A stretch of 64,000 nt of DNA. It comes from Alphaproteobacteria bacterium (GTDB lineage Bacteria > Pseudomonadota > Alphaproteobacteria > MPNO01 > UBA830). Below, piece after piece: positions 10,724 to 20,484 of the stretch. Made by a program: the position numbers and the translations under genes. Under the pieces are notes generated by a model. It saw nothing but the letters and a program-made list of their open reading frames with translations, did not search any database and was not told the origin of the DNA. The stretch's first letter is position 1, and every line of letters begins with the position of its first letter. The stretch is taken from NCBI GenBank assembly GCA_964291215.2, contig OZ219791.1:960001-1024000 (forward strand). The letters are read 5' to 3'.

Positions 10724-11877
10724 CAGTAGGACCGCGGCAGTCCGAGCACGTGCTCGCCGACGAATGACAGGACCAGATTGTTGGAAATCGGCGCGATCCG
10801 GTAGAGCCGGGTTTCCCTGAACTTGCGCTCGATGTCGTACTCTTCGGCGAAGGCGAAGCCGCCATGGGTCTGCATGCACATGTCGGCGGCCTTCCACGAG
10901 GCCTCGGAGGCGAGGTACTTGGCCATGTTGGCTGCCGGGCCGCAGGGCTCTCCGGCCTCGAACTTCCGCGCTGCCTCCTCGACCATCAGGTTGGCCGCCT
11001 CGGCATGCATGTGGGCTTCGGCGATCGGGAACTGGATGCCCTGGTTCTGGCCAATCGGGCGGCCGAAGACGTTGCGGTCGCCGGCATAGTCGGTAGCCTT
11101 GCGGATGAACCAGCGGGCATCGCCGATGCATTCGGCGGCAATCAGTATCCGCTCGGCGTTCATCCCGTCGAGGATATAACGGAATCCCCGGCCCTCCTCG
11201 CCGACCAGCGCGTCGGCCGGGAGGCGGAGGTTGTCGAAGAAGACCTCGGTGGTTGCGTGGTTGATCATGGTGCGGATGGGCTTGATCTCCATGCCGTTGC
11301 CGCGTGCTTCGCGCATGTCGACGATGAACACGGACAACCCCTCGGTGCGCTTCACGACCTCGGCGGCCGCTGTCGTCCGCGCCAGCAGCAGCATCAGGTC
11401 CGAATGCTCGGCGCGCGAGGTCCAGATCTTCTGGCCGTTGACTATGTATCCGGAATTGCCTTCCTTCACCGCCGTGGTGCGCAGGCTCAGCGTGTCGGTG
11501 CCGCTCGTCGGCTCGGTCACGCCAAAGGCCTGGAGGCGAATGTCCCCGGACGCTATTCCGGGAAGGTAGGCTTGTTTCTGCTCTTCCGAGCCGTGTCGCA
11601 GGATCGTGCCCATGATGTACATCTGGGCGTGGCAGGCAGCGCCGTTGCAGCCGGACTTCTGGATTTCCTCCATGATCACCGACGCCGCCGTGAAGCCGAG
11701 GCCGGAGCCTCCGTAGCGCTCGGGGATGAGGACGGACAGGTAGCCGGCTTCAGTCAGGGCGCGGACGAATTCCGTGGGGTAAGAGCGGTCGGCGTCGAGC
11801 CGGCGCCAATACTCGCCGGGAAAGCGTTCGCAGAGCCTGCGCACCTGTTCGCGGATGTCGGCATGAACTTCGGTCAT
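10723..11877 (-). CDS. acyl-CoA dehydrogenase
   Basis: FPGEYWRRLD, RLQAFGVTEPTSGTDT, NGQKIWTSR, GMNAERILIA, HGGFAFAEEYDIERKFRE, LGLPRSY. Confidence 0.92.
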   Translation of the reverse strand: MTEVHADIREQVRRLCERFPGEYWRRLDADRSYPTEFVRALTEAGYLSVLIPERYGGSGLGFTAASVIMEEIQKSGCNGAACHAQMYIMGTILRHGSEEQKQAYLPGIASGDIRLQAFGVTEPTSGTDTLSLRTTAVKEGNSGYIVNGQKIWTSRAEHSDLMLLLARTTAAAEVVKRTEGLSVFIVDMREARGNGMEIKPIRTMINHATTEVFFDNLRLPADALVGEEGRGFRYILDGMNAERILIAAECIGDARWFIRKATDYAGDRNVFGRPIGQNQGIQFPIAEAHMHAEAANLMVEEAARKFEAGEPCGPAANMAKYLASEASWKAADMCMQTHGGFAFAEEYDIERKFRETRLYRIAPISNNLVLSFVGEHVLGLPRSY

Positions 11878-12158
11878 GTTCGGCACCTTTCGATTTCGGC
11901 GCGATGGCGTGGACATGGTCCGATAAGCGCAGCCGCCTGCCGCGGCGGCGAAACGGTCCCGAAACCACCGTTGCGCCATCCTTTTCTGCGTCGATTTCGA
12001 TGAACGACCGTTGCGCCGAAGCAATACGCCAATGCCCGTTCGATGGCAAGTTCAGATGTCCTGATCTCGTGAGTTGACTTGATCCGTCCGGCCTCCCTTT
12101 TTTCCAACACAATCAACGATTTTCCTGGTTTTTTCTTGACAACGTAGCCGCGCGATGG

Positions 12159-12342
12159 CAGGGCTCTTCTTTTGTCCGGTTTCGTCCGACGAGGGGACGT
12201 TGTAGGCAGATCAGGAGGTCCATTCAGGAGCGGATTTCGTTGTCGATATGCCGGTTTCGACCTTGAGACGGTGCCACCAACTTCAAGAACGGCCACTCTG
12301 ACACGGTTGTCCGCCTTCGATCGCGACAACAGAATGGTCCTG
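12159..12342 (+). mobile_element. 184-bp MITE, family A copy 1
   Basis: Imperfect TIRs CAGGGCTCTTCTTTTGTC / CAGGACCATTCTGTTGTC. 10-bp TSD CGCGCGATGG at 12149-12158 and 12343-12352. Near-identical inverted copy at 37710-37892. Confidence 0.85.
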
Positions 12343-12461
12343 CGCGCGATGGCGCGATATACCATGATGCCTAGAATTGGATGGCCCAGGCCATGAACCA
12401 CGACGATCCCATCCCAAGTTGGCACTTTTTGTGTTAGTGTAGTGTCCCGCAAATAAGTGTC

Positions 12462-12690
12462 CCCCGTTCCATAGTGAAGTGCAACACATGATGGGCTGTG
12501 GCCATGTGTTTTAAGACGCATGATGTTGCGGAGCGGTAGCGGCGAGAGTTCCTGTACAAGATGAAGGGAGCTTGTTCATGTTCAAAGGTTACCGTCACCT
12601 ACGAAGAGCGATGCCAGATTGAGGCAGAAAAGCGGTTTTTCACAAGGTGCGATTGCTCGGCAGCTGGGCCGTGGTCGATCAACAATTTTC
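12462..12690 (+). pseudogene. IS30-family left end and transposase N-terminal HTH relic
   Basis: End motif TTCCA...TGAAGTGCAACA shared with 24067. Frameshifted MFKGYRH.TYEERCQIEA...SQGAIARQLGRGRSTI, cut by an IS66 end at 12691. Confidence 0.65.
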
Positions 12691-13051
12691 GTAACTGCTC
12701 ACCCCCTGGTTCCGGCTTGATGTCGGGGTAGAGCAACAAACGGGTTTTCGTGGAGATTTGACACTGCAGATCGATTCGGTTAGTGTGAACTTCTTGGGCT
12801 ACCTCCGCCAAATCCTGATCCTGGCTGAATGTCACGGCCACATCGAGAGCGCCGTTGCGTGCCATTCGCACCATGTCGAGACCAATCCGAAGGTCTGTTT
12901 CCTTCTCGCGCTGTGCCGGCACACCATGCGTCGTACCGTCCGGAAGCGGGACCCACTCGGAGCGCGGTTTCCGGGAGGTCACGAGAATCCCGACGCGGCT
13001 CATTGCGGTCAGGCACCGCGCCCGGCACGCCGGATCTTTCCTGGCGTCGGG
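12691..13051 (+). mobile_element. IS66-type left end carrying an antisense NYN (LabA/DUF88) gene fragment
   Basis: Begins GTAACTGCTCACCCC plus about 90 bp of end sequence shared with the other copies. The minus strand (~12785-13050) reads QREKETDLRIGLDMVRMARNGALDVAVTFSQDQDLAEVAQEV, an NYN-type EK.D..I.LD / FSQDQD motif pair. Confidence 0.7.
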
Positions 13052-14224
13052 GCATCTCCTCACCCCTCCGCAGAGGCGGGTTTGGCGTTGTGCATCTTGA
13101 TCATGTCGGCGGCGAGTGCGATCCGGATGGCGACGAGCGGGCTGTAGCCGAGTGCGGTCATGGAGGTGAGATAGCTTGAGCTTCGGCACCAGGCCTCGGC
13201 TAGAGCGGGGTTCGGAAGCATCCGGACACCTTGATCCTGACCTTTGCCATCCGGATTTTCTGCTCGCCGGTGTTGTTGGTGAAGCTGACGTCCGGGTCGC
13301 TCATGAAGCGCAGGACGGACTCTTCATGCCTTGCGAGACGCTCCTGGAGGTTGTGCGCGTTCGCGATCGGTCCGCGTTTTCCTTTCTGTCGGGGCGGGAT
13401 TTCAGGCAGTTCCTTCGCCCCCCGGGTCAGGATGGTCCGGTAGCGCTTGCGCCCGGCCTCGTTCAGGGTCCTGGATGCGCTCTTGTCAACCCTGTGGCAG
13501 GCAGCAGTTTCTTCATCACGCGCGCCCGGCGGTAGCCGTTGGCGTCGACGATGAAGGTCAGTTCCGTCGCGGTAGAAATGCGCATTGCTGCCCCCCCGGC
13601 CTTGCGCTTGATGCGCTGACGGTCCGTGCGGTTCCGCCCGGGCTCGAAGTTGAGCCACACCACCTCGGTGCGGACCCGGGTCGTCACCTGCACGGCGATG
13701 CGGCGCCAGTCCCGCAGCAGGTCGTCGTACAACGCCGAGGGGCGGCCCGAGACCATCACCTGACACGGCAGACCCTTGAGCAGTTCAAGGAGTTCGACAT
13801 GGTCGGCTTCGGTGTAGTCGTGGCGGTACCGCCGGCCCGACCGACGGGTCGCCTGCAGGGATCACTGCAGACCAGTTCCGTGCCCCGGAACGCAAAGCCG
13901 GCCAGGAACGCGTGGGTGCAGCCGTGGATCAGTTTCACCGGATAGTCGCACCCGAACCCGTCCAGCGCTCCCGGTCGATCCCGATCGAGCGCCGGCGCCT
14001 TGCGCTTCATCAGCGCGCCGCCTCCCGGATGTGTTTCCACATACAGATCATGCGGGAGCTGGAGCCCCGGAAGCAGCTGGCACAGCCCGCTCGTCGCCTT
14101 CGATCCAAAGTAGCCCACTGGCGGTCCCCGTCGTTCTCGATGACCACCACTGAACGAATTGGCCTGCAGTGTCAAATCTCCACGAAAGCCCGTTCGTTGC
14201 TCTACCCCGACATCAAGCCGGAAC
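13052..14224 (-). mobile_element. eroded MTase-carrying IS66 element, copy A (MTase pseudogene plus tnpC 3' fragment)
   Basis: MTase GYFGSKATSGLCQ... with five small deletions relative to the intact copy. tnpC residues SFTNNTGEQKIRMAKVRIKVSGCFRT. Degenerate right end GCATCTCCTCACCCC at 13052. Left end truncated by IS256. Confidence 0.85.
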
Positions 14225-15350
14225 GATTACGCAACCTGATGTCTGGAAATTGTCGTGAAGCTGTCAGTCATCAAGCTGTTCCCATTTGATCTTGGTTTCG
14301 GTTTCCCATTTTTCGTCGATGAGGACTGCGGTCGAGAGGCGCTCCAACGAGGTGAGGTTCGGAAAGACCCTGACTTTGGAGGTGCGCCGCTTGAGTTCTT
14401 GCTGGATCGGTCGCTCGATGCCGTTCGAGGTTCGCATACGTTTGCGGTGAGCATCGGGCAAGGTGAAGACAGCGAGCCCCGCATTGTTTTCCAGCCAGGA
14501 AGCCTGGATGCTTGTCGCTGGCCACGAGGGCGCCCAGTTCAGCCTCGGCGGTTTGGAGTGAGGAGGCGTGGCTCCGAGCTGTTTTCCAATACGTTTCCTG
14601 ATGTCGTTGTTCGGTGCACGGCGTTTTATGCCAGGTGGAACTGGCAGTGCTGCCACGTCGCCGCGCCCAGCACCGTGCCGCTTTCAGCCCGGCATCCGAG
14701 ACGATGAAGGTCGTACCATGCAGGGCTAGCAAGCTTTCCAGGAAGGCTCTCCAATGGACCTCGGCCTCGGAGAGCGCCACAGAGAGCCCCGGAACGTGCC
14801 TGCAGCCCCTATTCCGATGGCCGAGAGTACCGCGACATCGCGCACAACGCCGTCATGGCGGGCTTTTTCATAGCGCGCATCCAGGTATTTCATCAGGGGG
14901 CCGGTTGCGCGGCGAGTTCTTCATCGAGCAACCTGGTGGCCCGGCTGACCTGAGAAGAGGACAGGCTCCCGAACTCGCGCATTACATCCTGCCGTGTGGA
15001 AACACCCTTGATGTACATCTCGGCTACGGCGCGAGAAGATCGCTGGCCGCGTTCAAGCGACTGGGGACGGATCGTCCCCGTGACCGTTTGGCACCTGAAC
15101 GGTAACAGTGGGGGTGTCGATCCGCTTGTAGCCGTTGGCATAGCCCTGTCGTTCCGGTGGCCTGCTTTCAAGTGCTGCTCGCGCTCGATTTGCATCGCAA
15201 GCTCGAAGAGCTGACCAAAGATCCGCCCCAGATCCGTTGCTCCGTTTGCGATCAGATGTTCCAAAACGGCCTCAATCGTCGTAGTGTGTCGCAGGTCCAT
15301 TCGCTTCCTCCATGAATGTTTACAGCTCCATGGGATAGCACGATGGCGCC

Positions 15351-17354
15351 GCGTTTCACTGGGGGGCTAGCCCTCGCATGTCACGGAAATTTTAGCTGGA
15401 CAACGGTGTTTCGGCGTGGCATAAGTGTCCCATGTCACAGATCAGCCGCACATTGCGGGACGAGGCAGCAGTTGCGCGGATCGCGTCGCTGCTGTCCTGT
15501 GAGCAGTTCGACAGCCGGTCGGCTCTGGGTCGTCTGCGAGGAGTTTGCCTTTGTCGACGCGCGCGGCCGTCTGCAGCTTGCCGGCTGCATGAAGGCGCTG
15601 AGGGCGCCCGGAGATCGTCCTGCCGGTGCCGAAGTCACCGACAATCGACCGCCGGCCTCGCCTGTTGGTATCGCTGCAGAGGTTCCGGCGCGCGCATTCG
15701 GGATCTCGAGATCATCGTGGTCGGGGATCGTATTGACCGAGCGGTCACGCTGATTGCGCGTGAACACCCGCGACGACCTTCGCCGGCTGCCAATATCTCG
15801 TGGGCTCGGCGCACGGGTGGCGGGGTTTGCCGCCGCCGCGCGGCGCGGGACCGCTGGATGGAACGACGGGCAGCGCCGGAACCACCTGCAGCGGATCGTC
15901 TGTCTGAGCCGTTTCTTGATCAGGTGCTCTGCCCGCCCAGCCATGTGCGCATCCTGCGCCGCGTGACTTCGAGGACCGTTTCGACCATGGCTCAGTTTTG
16001 CCGATGAAGGTTACCCTGCCTGCGCGCGGCCAACTTCCTGTGCAGGACCGAAGGCCGGCAGGACTGGGAGACGGTGAAGACGGTCTTCGTGGCCGAACTG
16101 GAGCGCGCAGGAAGCTGGGGAGGTCGATCATGCGCCCTCGCCGGGCGAAGGTCTGAACGACTGGGCGCAGAACGAGTTTGGAGGGGGGTGACAAGCGACT
16201 TTCTGCGCGCCTGGAGCGCCAGCCTTCTGGCGGCCGGTCAGAAGATCAATGCGTCTCCCAGCGCCGACAACACCGCGATCAATGCGTTTTACCGGATGGT
16301 CGCCCTCGGAGATCACGCCGGCGAACATTCTTGCGCCGCACCGTGAGCGCAGCATCCGGCGCATCCGTGGCCAGAAGACGGTTCTTGCCGGACGGCACGG
16401 ACCTGAACTTCTCCCGGCCTGCAGGTGAGAACCAGACCGGGGCCTCAAGCCTGCACGCGACCCTGGCGGTGACTGACCTGCCACTCGGGGTGCTGGGTCC
16501 GGTGAAGCCCCGGTCGCAGGAGACACGCCGCAGCTCGAGGGGTTCAAGGCGCTGCCACCCCGGCGGCAAGACGCGCGTCATCTCCGTCGGGAAGCCGACA
16601 TCTTCGAGCTGTTCGACACGCGCTTGCCCCGCGTCGATCTGCGCGCCAAGCATGACAGGGTGCTGAAGGAGGGAAGGCTGTTCGCCGTCATGGCCGGCGG
16701 CCTGATTGAGATCGAGGGACTGACGGAGCAAGCCAGCCGGAAGAAGGCCCGCGCGACAGAAGCGCCTGGCGAGTTGCGGTCCGTCACCCGTGACGGGCAC
16801 CGCCTCCAGCGCGAAGCCGGTGTCCCTGCACGGGGTCAGGGAGCGCCCGAAGGTGAGGATCCCGTGGTGCCTGCTGACCACCGTGCGGGTCGGCGAAGGA
16901 GGCGGCCGACATCGTCGGCTTCTACCTTCAGCGCTGGCGAATCGAGGATTACGTGCTCAAATCCGGATGCAGGGTGGAACACCTTCTGTTCCGCACCGGC
17001 TGCAGCGGGCGATCAACGCCGTCATCGCGCATCATGGTCATGACCCTGCTCGGCCGCCAGGTGCGAGCCGCAGCTGATGTTCACCGACAGCGAACTCGCG
17101 CGACTACGCACACAAGTACGCCCTGAAGGAACCGGAGCGTCTCGCCGATGCGGTGCACCTGGTCGCCCATCTCGGCGGCTACCGCAGCACGCCCGGGTCA
17201 CCAGATCATGTGGCCAGACACACCAGCGCCGCACTGGGTCACCAAATCGGCCGGGAAATCGGGTTCCGGGATGGACAAAGACACGCGTGAACACGTAAAC
17301 CATTGTCAACCAGATTTGTCATGACACGGCAGGGCTAGCCCCCCAGTGAAACGC
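15351..17354. repeat. 36-bp perfect palindrome GCGTTTCACTGGGGGGCTAGCCCCCCAGTGAAACGC in the IS256 leader, split by the IS4 insertion
   Basis: Arms at 15351-15372 and 17341-17354 rejoin after removing the IS4 element and one TSD. A half-copy is present at 24554-24579. Confidence 0.85.
15373..17332 (+). mobile_element. IS4-family (Tn5/IS50-like) element with N-terminal DUF4338 region, eroded, copy 1
   Basis: MSQISRTL...SRSALG..VCEEFAFVDARGRLQLAGCMKAL, GWNDGQRRNHLQRIVCLSRFLIR, GDKRLSARL, WCLLTT, LQRWRIEDY.LKSGC. 8-bp TSD GGCTAGCC. Imperfect TIRs CTCGCATGTCACGGAAATTT / CTGCCGTGTCATGACAAATC. Confidence 0.8.
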
Positions 17355-17542
17355 CTCAAAGCGCAAACCTCAGACAAATTTCCAGACATCAAGTTACAGT
17401 ACCTCGAGGGGGAGGGGGGGTAGCCCGGCATCACCTCTCTGCCGCGCTGCCTTCCGATTTCGCGTCCGCTTCCGGATCGGCCGCCGGACGCCCGCCTGCC
17501 GTTTGTGATATGATTCTGGCCTTGCCATCCGGAGGTCTCGAC

Positions 17543-18718
17543 ATGCCTGTCATCAACCGCATCGCCGAATTTCACGAGGAGATGGTCGCCTGGCGACGGC
17601 ACATTCATGCGCATCCGGAAACCGCTTTCGAGGAACACCAGACCTCCGATTACGTGGCGCTTCGCCTCCATGAATTCGGCGTCGATGTCCATCGCGGCCT
17701 CGCCGGGACCGGCGTCGTCGGAACGCTGAAGGGAAACCAGGCAGATGGCCCGGCCATCGGGCTCCGCGCCGACATGGACGCTCTCGACATCGAAGAGAAG
17801 AACGAGGTCGAGCACAGATCGCAGAACCCCGGCAAGATGCACGCCTGCGGGCATGACGGACATACCGCGATGTTGCTCGGCGCGGCCAAGTATCTCGCCG
17901 AGACGCGAAATTTCGCCGGGACCGTGCACTTCATCTTTCAGCCCGCCGAGGAGAACGAGGGCGGCGCCGAGGTCATGGTGCAGGACGGCCTGTTCGAGAA
18001 GTTCCCCGTCGAATCCGTCTACGGAATGCACAACATGCCCGGCATTCCGGTCGGTGAGTTTGCCGTGCGGTCCGGGCCGATCATGGCGGCGTTCGACCTG
18101 TTCGAGATCAACTTGGCGGGAACCGGGACCCATGCCGCGACGCCGAATCTTGGCCGCGACGCCATCGTGGCCGGCGCTCAACTCATTACCGCGCTTCAGA
18201 CCATCTGCAGCCGCACGACCAGCCCGTTCGATGCGGCGGTGGTATCGGTCACCCAGATGCATGCGGGCAGCACTTGGAACGTCATTCCGGAAGAGGTCGT
18301 GGTGCGGGGCACGGCGCGCGCCTTCAGCAGCCGTGTCCAGAGCCATGTCGAGGCCGAGATCCGGCGCATTGCAGACGGCGTGGCGCAGACTTTCGCCGTC
18401 GCCGCCGAGGTCCGCTACGAGCGCCGCTATCCGGCGACCGTGAACACGCCCGAAGAGACCGGCCTCACCGCCGACGTCGCACGGGAAGTCGCCGGTTCGG
18501 GCAAGGTGTCGCTCGACAAGGATCCGATGATGGGGGCAGAGGATTTCGCATTCATGCTGAACGAGAAGCCGGGCGTCTACATGTGGATCGGCAACGGCCC
18601 GCGCGACGGCGGATGCATGCTGCACAATCCCCATTACGACTTCAACGACGACATCCTGCCGCTCGGCGCAAGCTACTGGTCGCGCCTGGTCGAGACCCTG
18701 CTCCAGGACGCAGGCTGA
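17543..18718 (+). CDS. M20 aminoacylase family amidohydrolase (hippurate hydrolase-like)
   Basis: WRRHIHAHPETAFEE, LRADMDAL, MHACGHDGHTAMLL, FQPAEE, MGAEDFA, LHNPHYDFND. Confidence 0.92.
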   Translation: MPVINRIAEFHEEMVAWRRHIHAHPETAFEEHQTSDYVALRLHEFGVDVHRGLAGTGVVGTLKGNQADGPAIGLRADMDALDIEEKNEVEHRSQNPGKMHACGHDGHTAMLLGAAKYLAETRNFAGTVHFIFQPAEENEGGAEVMVQDGLFEKFPVESVYGMHNMPGIPVGEFAVRSGPIMAAFDLFEINLAGTGTHAATPNLGRDAIVAGAQLITALQTICSRTTSPFDAAVVSVTQMHAGSTWNVIPEEVVVRGTARAFSSRVQSHVEAEIRRIADGVAQTFAVAAEVRYERRYPATVNTPEETGLTADVAREVAGSGKVSLDKDPMMGAEDFAFMLNEKPGVYMWIGNGPRDGGCMLHNPHYDFNDDILPLGASYWSRLVETLLQDAG

Positions 18719-18878
18719 CGCGGGGGAGCACCGGAGGCGCACCGGACTTTCGAACGGACCGGTCGGCGGCAGCTGTCTTCGCCTCTGCCAGCGGGCTTGC
18801 GGTCCCGCGGGCCCGGGGCGCGATTAACTTGCCGACGTCCATTGCTGACAGTCGGTCGCGGCCTAGAGGAGAATTTTC

Positions 18879-20456
18879 ATGGCATCCGATGTCTTCGCAG
18901 GCGTGCGCCTGGCACGCTCGCCGGTTTACGGCACCCGCGGCATGGTGGTCTCGGGACACTCCCTAGCCTCCACCGCGGGGTTGAGAACGCTGGACCGCGG
19001 CGGTTCTGTGGTCGACGCAATGATCTCGACATCGGCCGTCTTGTCGGTGACGATTCAGCAGGCAACCTCGCTCGGCGGTGACGCGTTCTTTCTCTATCAC
19101 GATGCCGGGGAAGGGAAGACGGTCGGGCTCAACGCCACGGGCCACGCTTCTGACGGTGCGACGACCGACTATTATGCGGCCGGCATTCCGGCTCGCGGCC
19201 CGAACGCGGTGAGCCTTCCCGGCATGGTGCGGGGCTGGGAACGGCTCCATGAGAGATACGGCGTTCTGCCGTGGCCGGGCCTGTTCGAAGACGCCATCGA
19301 ACTGGCCGAAGCGCATCCTGCATCGCGCGTGCTGACGGCCGGGCTCGACCTGTTTCGTGATGACGTGCGCGCGGACGACGGCTGCCGAGCACTCTATTTC
19401 TCCGGTGACGACCGCATCCGGGCCGGTGACATACTGCGCCAGCCGGCCCTTGCCGAAACGCTTCGCAGGATCGCCGCCGATGGCAGCGCCGCTTTCTACG
19501 AGGGAGAGATCGCGGAAACCCTCGGTGCATACATTGCAGAGCATGGTGGTTTGCTCAATGCCGGACAGTTCGCGGGTTATGAACCCGAATGGGTCGAACC
19601 GCTGTCGACCGACTATCGCGGCCTTGCGGTTCAGGTCATGCCTCCCAACTCCTACGGCATGCTGATGCTCATGCAACTCAACGGCCTGTCGGGTCTGCGA
19701 TCCGAACAGCTGGCCGGCAGCGATACCGATCGGCTCGACTATCTGATCCGGGCGATGCAGGCGGCGTTTGCGGCCGGGCAGACCTATATCGCTGACCCCC
19801 GCGGCGTCGACATCCCGATCGAGCGACTCCTCGGTGCGGAGATGACCCGGCAACTCCAGGACTGCGTCGTCAACGGCACGCCTCCGACGACATTCCGAAA
19901 CGGCGGCGGAACATCGTGCATCGTGATTGCGGACGGCCGAGGCAACGCGATGTCCGTGGTCCAGAGCGTGTTCCATGTGTTCGGCAGCGCCTTCCTCGAT
20001 CCGGGCACCGGAATCCTGATGAACAACAGGATGACCGGCTTCCGGGTCGACCCCGGGGACAGAAGGTGCGTGGCGCCGCGCATGCGGCCGCCCCATACCC
20101 TGAATCCGGTCATGGTCCTGCAGGGCGGTCGGCCGAGATATCTGATGACGACGCCCGGCGGCCCGGGACAGACCCTCTCGATGGTTCAGGTCCTGACCAA
20201 TCTCGTCGACCGCGGCATGGAACTGACCGCGGCCGTGGAGGCGCCGCGCTGGAGCGTCAGCCTCGATGGCGAGTTCCTGCTCGAGGAGGGCTATCCAGAA
20301 ACGGTTGCGCGGAGGCTCGAGGAACGCGGACACAAGGTCGCGCACGGGTCGGGCTCGTCCTATTTCGGGTCGGCAAAGACCATAGAGGTCCTTGCCGACG
20401 GTGTGCTCGCGGGCGGCGCCGATACCCGACGCGAGGCCTACGCGGCCGGCCGTTGA
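18879..20456 (+). CDS. gamma-glutamyltransferase family protein
   Basis: GMVVSGH.LAS, SLGGDAF, LRQPALAETL, MPPNSYG, nucleophile site GGTS, GILMNNR, RPPHTLNP, TPGG, GGADTRRE. Confidence 0.88.
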   Translation: MASDVFAGVRLARSPVYGTRGMVVSGHSLASTAGLRTLDRGGSVVDAMISTSAVLSVTIQQATSLGGDAFFLYHDAGEGKTVGLNATGHASDGATTDYYAAGIPARGPNAVSLPGMVRGWERLHERYGVLPWPGLFEDAIELAEAHPASRVLTAGLDLFRDDVRADDGCRALYFSGDDRIRAGDILRQPALAETLRRIAADGSAAFYEGEIAETLGAYIAEHGGLLNAGQFAGYEPEWVEPLSTDYRGLAVQVMPPNSYGMLMLMQLNGLSGLRSEQLAGSDTDRLDYLIRAMQAAFAAGQTYIADPRGVDIPIERLLGAEMTRQLQDCVVNGTPPTTFRNGGGTSCIVIADGRGNAMSVVQSVFHVFGSAFLDPGTGILMNNRMTGFRVDPGDRRCVAPRMRPPHTLNPVMVLQGGRPRYLMTTPGGPGQTLSMVQVLTNLVDRGMELTAAVEAPRWSVSLDGEFLLEEGYPETVARRLEERGHKVAHGSGSSYFGSAKTIEVLADGVLAGGADTRREAYAAGR

Positions 20457-20484
20457 TCTGCCGCCTGCCGGAACGGGGAAAGAC

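Larger units (their letters stand above)
14225..17403 (-). mobile_element. IS256-family element copy 1 (transposase pseudogene ~14264-15300), interrupted by an IS4 element at 15373-17332
   Basis: AEMYIKGVSTR, YLDARYEK, SEAEVHWRAFLESL, RMRTSNGIERPIQQELKRRT.KVRVFPN. TIRs GATTACGCAACCTGATGTCTGGAAATT / GGTACTGTAACTTGATGTCTGGAAATT. Confidence 0.88.
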
